The notes beneath the pieces are model-generated. The model made no database searches, was not told the DNA's origin, and worked only from the letters and a program-made list of their open reading frames with translations. Both the position numbers and the translations under genes were made by a program. 64,000 bases of DNA. Source: Pseudogymnoascus verrucosus. Taxonomy: Eukaryota. The stretch lies in the NCBI GenBank assembly GCA_001662655.1, contig KV460211.1; one strand, 5' to 3'. Positions 63,086 to 64,000 of the stretch are shown piece by piece (the first letter of the stretch is position 1; every line of letters starts with the position of its first letter).

Positions 63086-64000
63086 ATGGCTTCAATCGCA
63101 CCTTCTCAGAACGGAGCAGCCACACCAGCTGTACCAGTGCCAGTTTGGCGCCCTCAACAGCAACCGTCAAAAATTCCAATAAACAAATACCGAGCTCATA
63201 TCAATAACAAATTTAACACGCAGCTCCGCGATTCCCATGAGCTACAAAAATGGAGTGTTACGCAGCCGCATGATTTCTGGATTGACCTCTGGTCCTATGT
63301 CGGCCTAGTACCTGATCTCCCTCCCGGAACATCGCGAGCGTACAATCCAGAGATTTCTATGACAGATGTTCCACCGTTTTTCGAGAATGCAACTATTAAC
63401 TACGCTGAAAATGTTCTCACCCAGCCAGATGTCAAGCCGGAGTCCATTGCTCTTATTGGGCTTCGCGAAGGAAATAGCCTCGACGGAGAGAAATGGTCAT
63501 GGGCGACACTGAGAGAAAATGTGCGAAAGGTTAGGAGTGGCTTGCTACGAAGCGGGATCAAGGAGGGCGACAGAGTGGCGGCTTTGATATCCACGTCTAC
63601 TTGGTCGATTGTTGTGTTCCTAGCTGCTGCCAGCATAGGGGCCGTCTTCACGTCGATAGCCCCAGACTTAGGAGTCGAGGTAAATCTCACACTGGAATTT
63701 GGCCGCTTTTGAAAAGCTCGTATTAATCGTACATAGGGCTGCATATCCAGACTGCGACAAGTGACCCCATCCATCTTGTTTGCAGATAGCCACGTCACAT
63801 ATAAAGGCAAGCAAAAATCTAATGGTGCCAAAATCTCGAATATCGTGGACAAACTCGCAATTAAGACAGAAGTCGTTCTCATTCCTACCGCAAGGGTCGA
63901 GCAGACCAATTTTTCAACACTGGACCATTTTCTCTCTCGGTCAAAATTGTCCGACAAGCTTCAATTCGCCCGAGTCTCATTTTCGGCTCCTCTCTACATC
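63086..64000 (+). CDS. Acetoacetyl-CoA synthetase (acetoacetate-CoA ligase), 5' part; exons 63086-63679, 63737->64000
   Basis: PVWRP, LQKWSV…FWIDLW, FFENATINYAENVL, GIKEGDRVA, AASIGAVFTSIAPDLGVE|GCISRLRQVTP. Confidence 0.88.

Overview
Eukaryotic, intron-rich DNA from a filamentous ascomycete (GT..AG introns with CTAAC/CTGAC branch sites; a Leotiomycete such as Pseudogymnoascus is my guess, not proven). Conserved genes (SEC63, PAP1, a Zn2Cys6 regulator, SIP3/LAM, UTP10, a GST, complex I NDUFB4) alternate with accessory islands: a SesA-NACHT-ankyrin NLR (~5.9-9.5 kb), a ~13 kb island (~21.4-34.4 kb) and a mixed island (~47.3-64 kb). The 13 kb island holds an amidohydrolase/MFS pair, a RIP-like mutated DUF3435 tyrosine-recombinase (Starship captain) relic and decaying genes. 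The most striking signal is non-coding: three dispersed 5S rRNA genes (21335+, 44779-, 57743+) each stop at exactly nt 61 (…CACAAGCTTG) and are followed by the same YGTAWCA motif; two also share a further 46-nt block. Each sits at the edge of accessory DNA. This looks like the footprint of repeated site-specific integration of a 5S-targeting, cargo-carrying element family. All calls are from reading and recalled family motifs; no searches were run.
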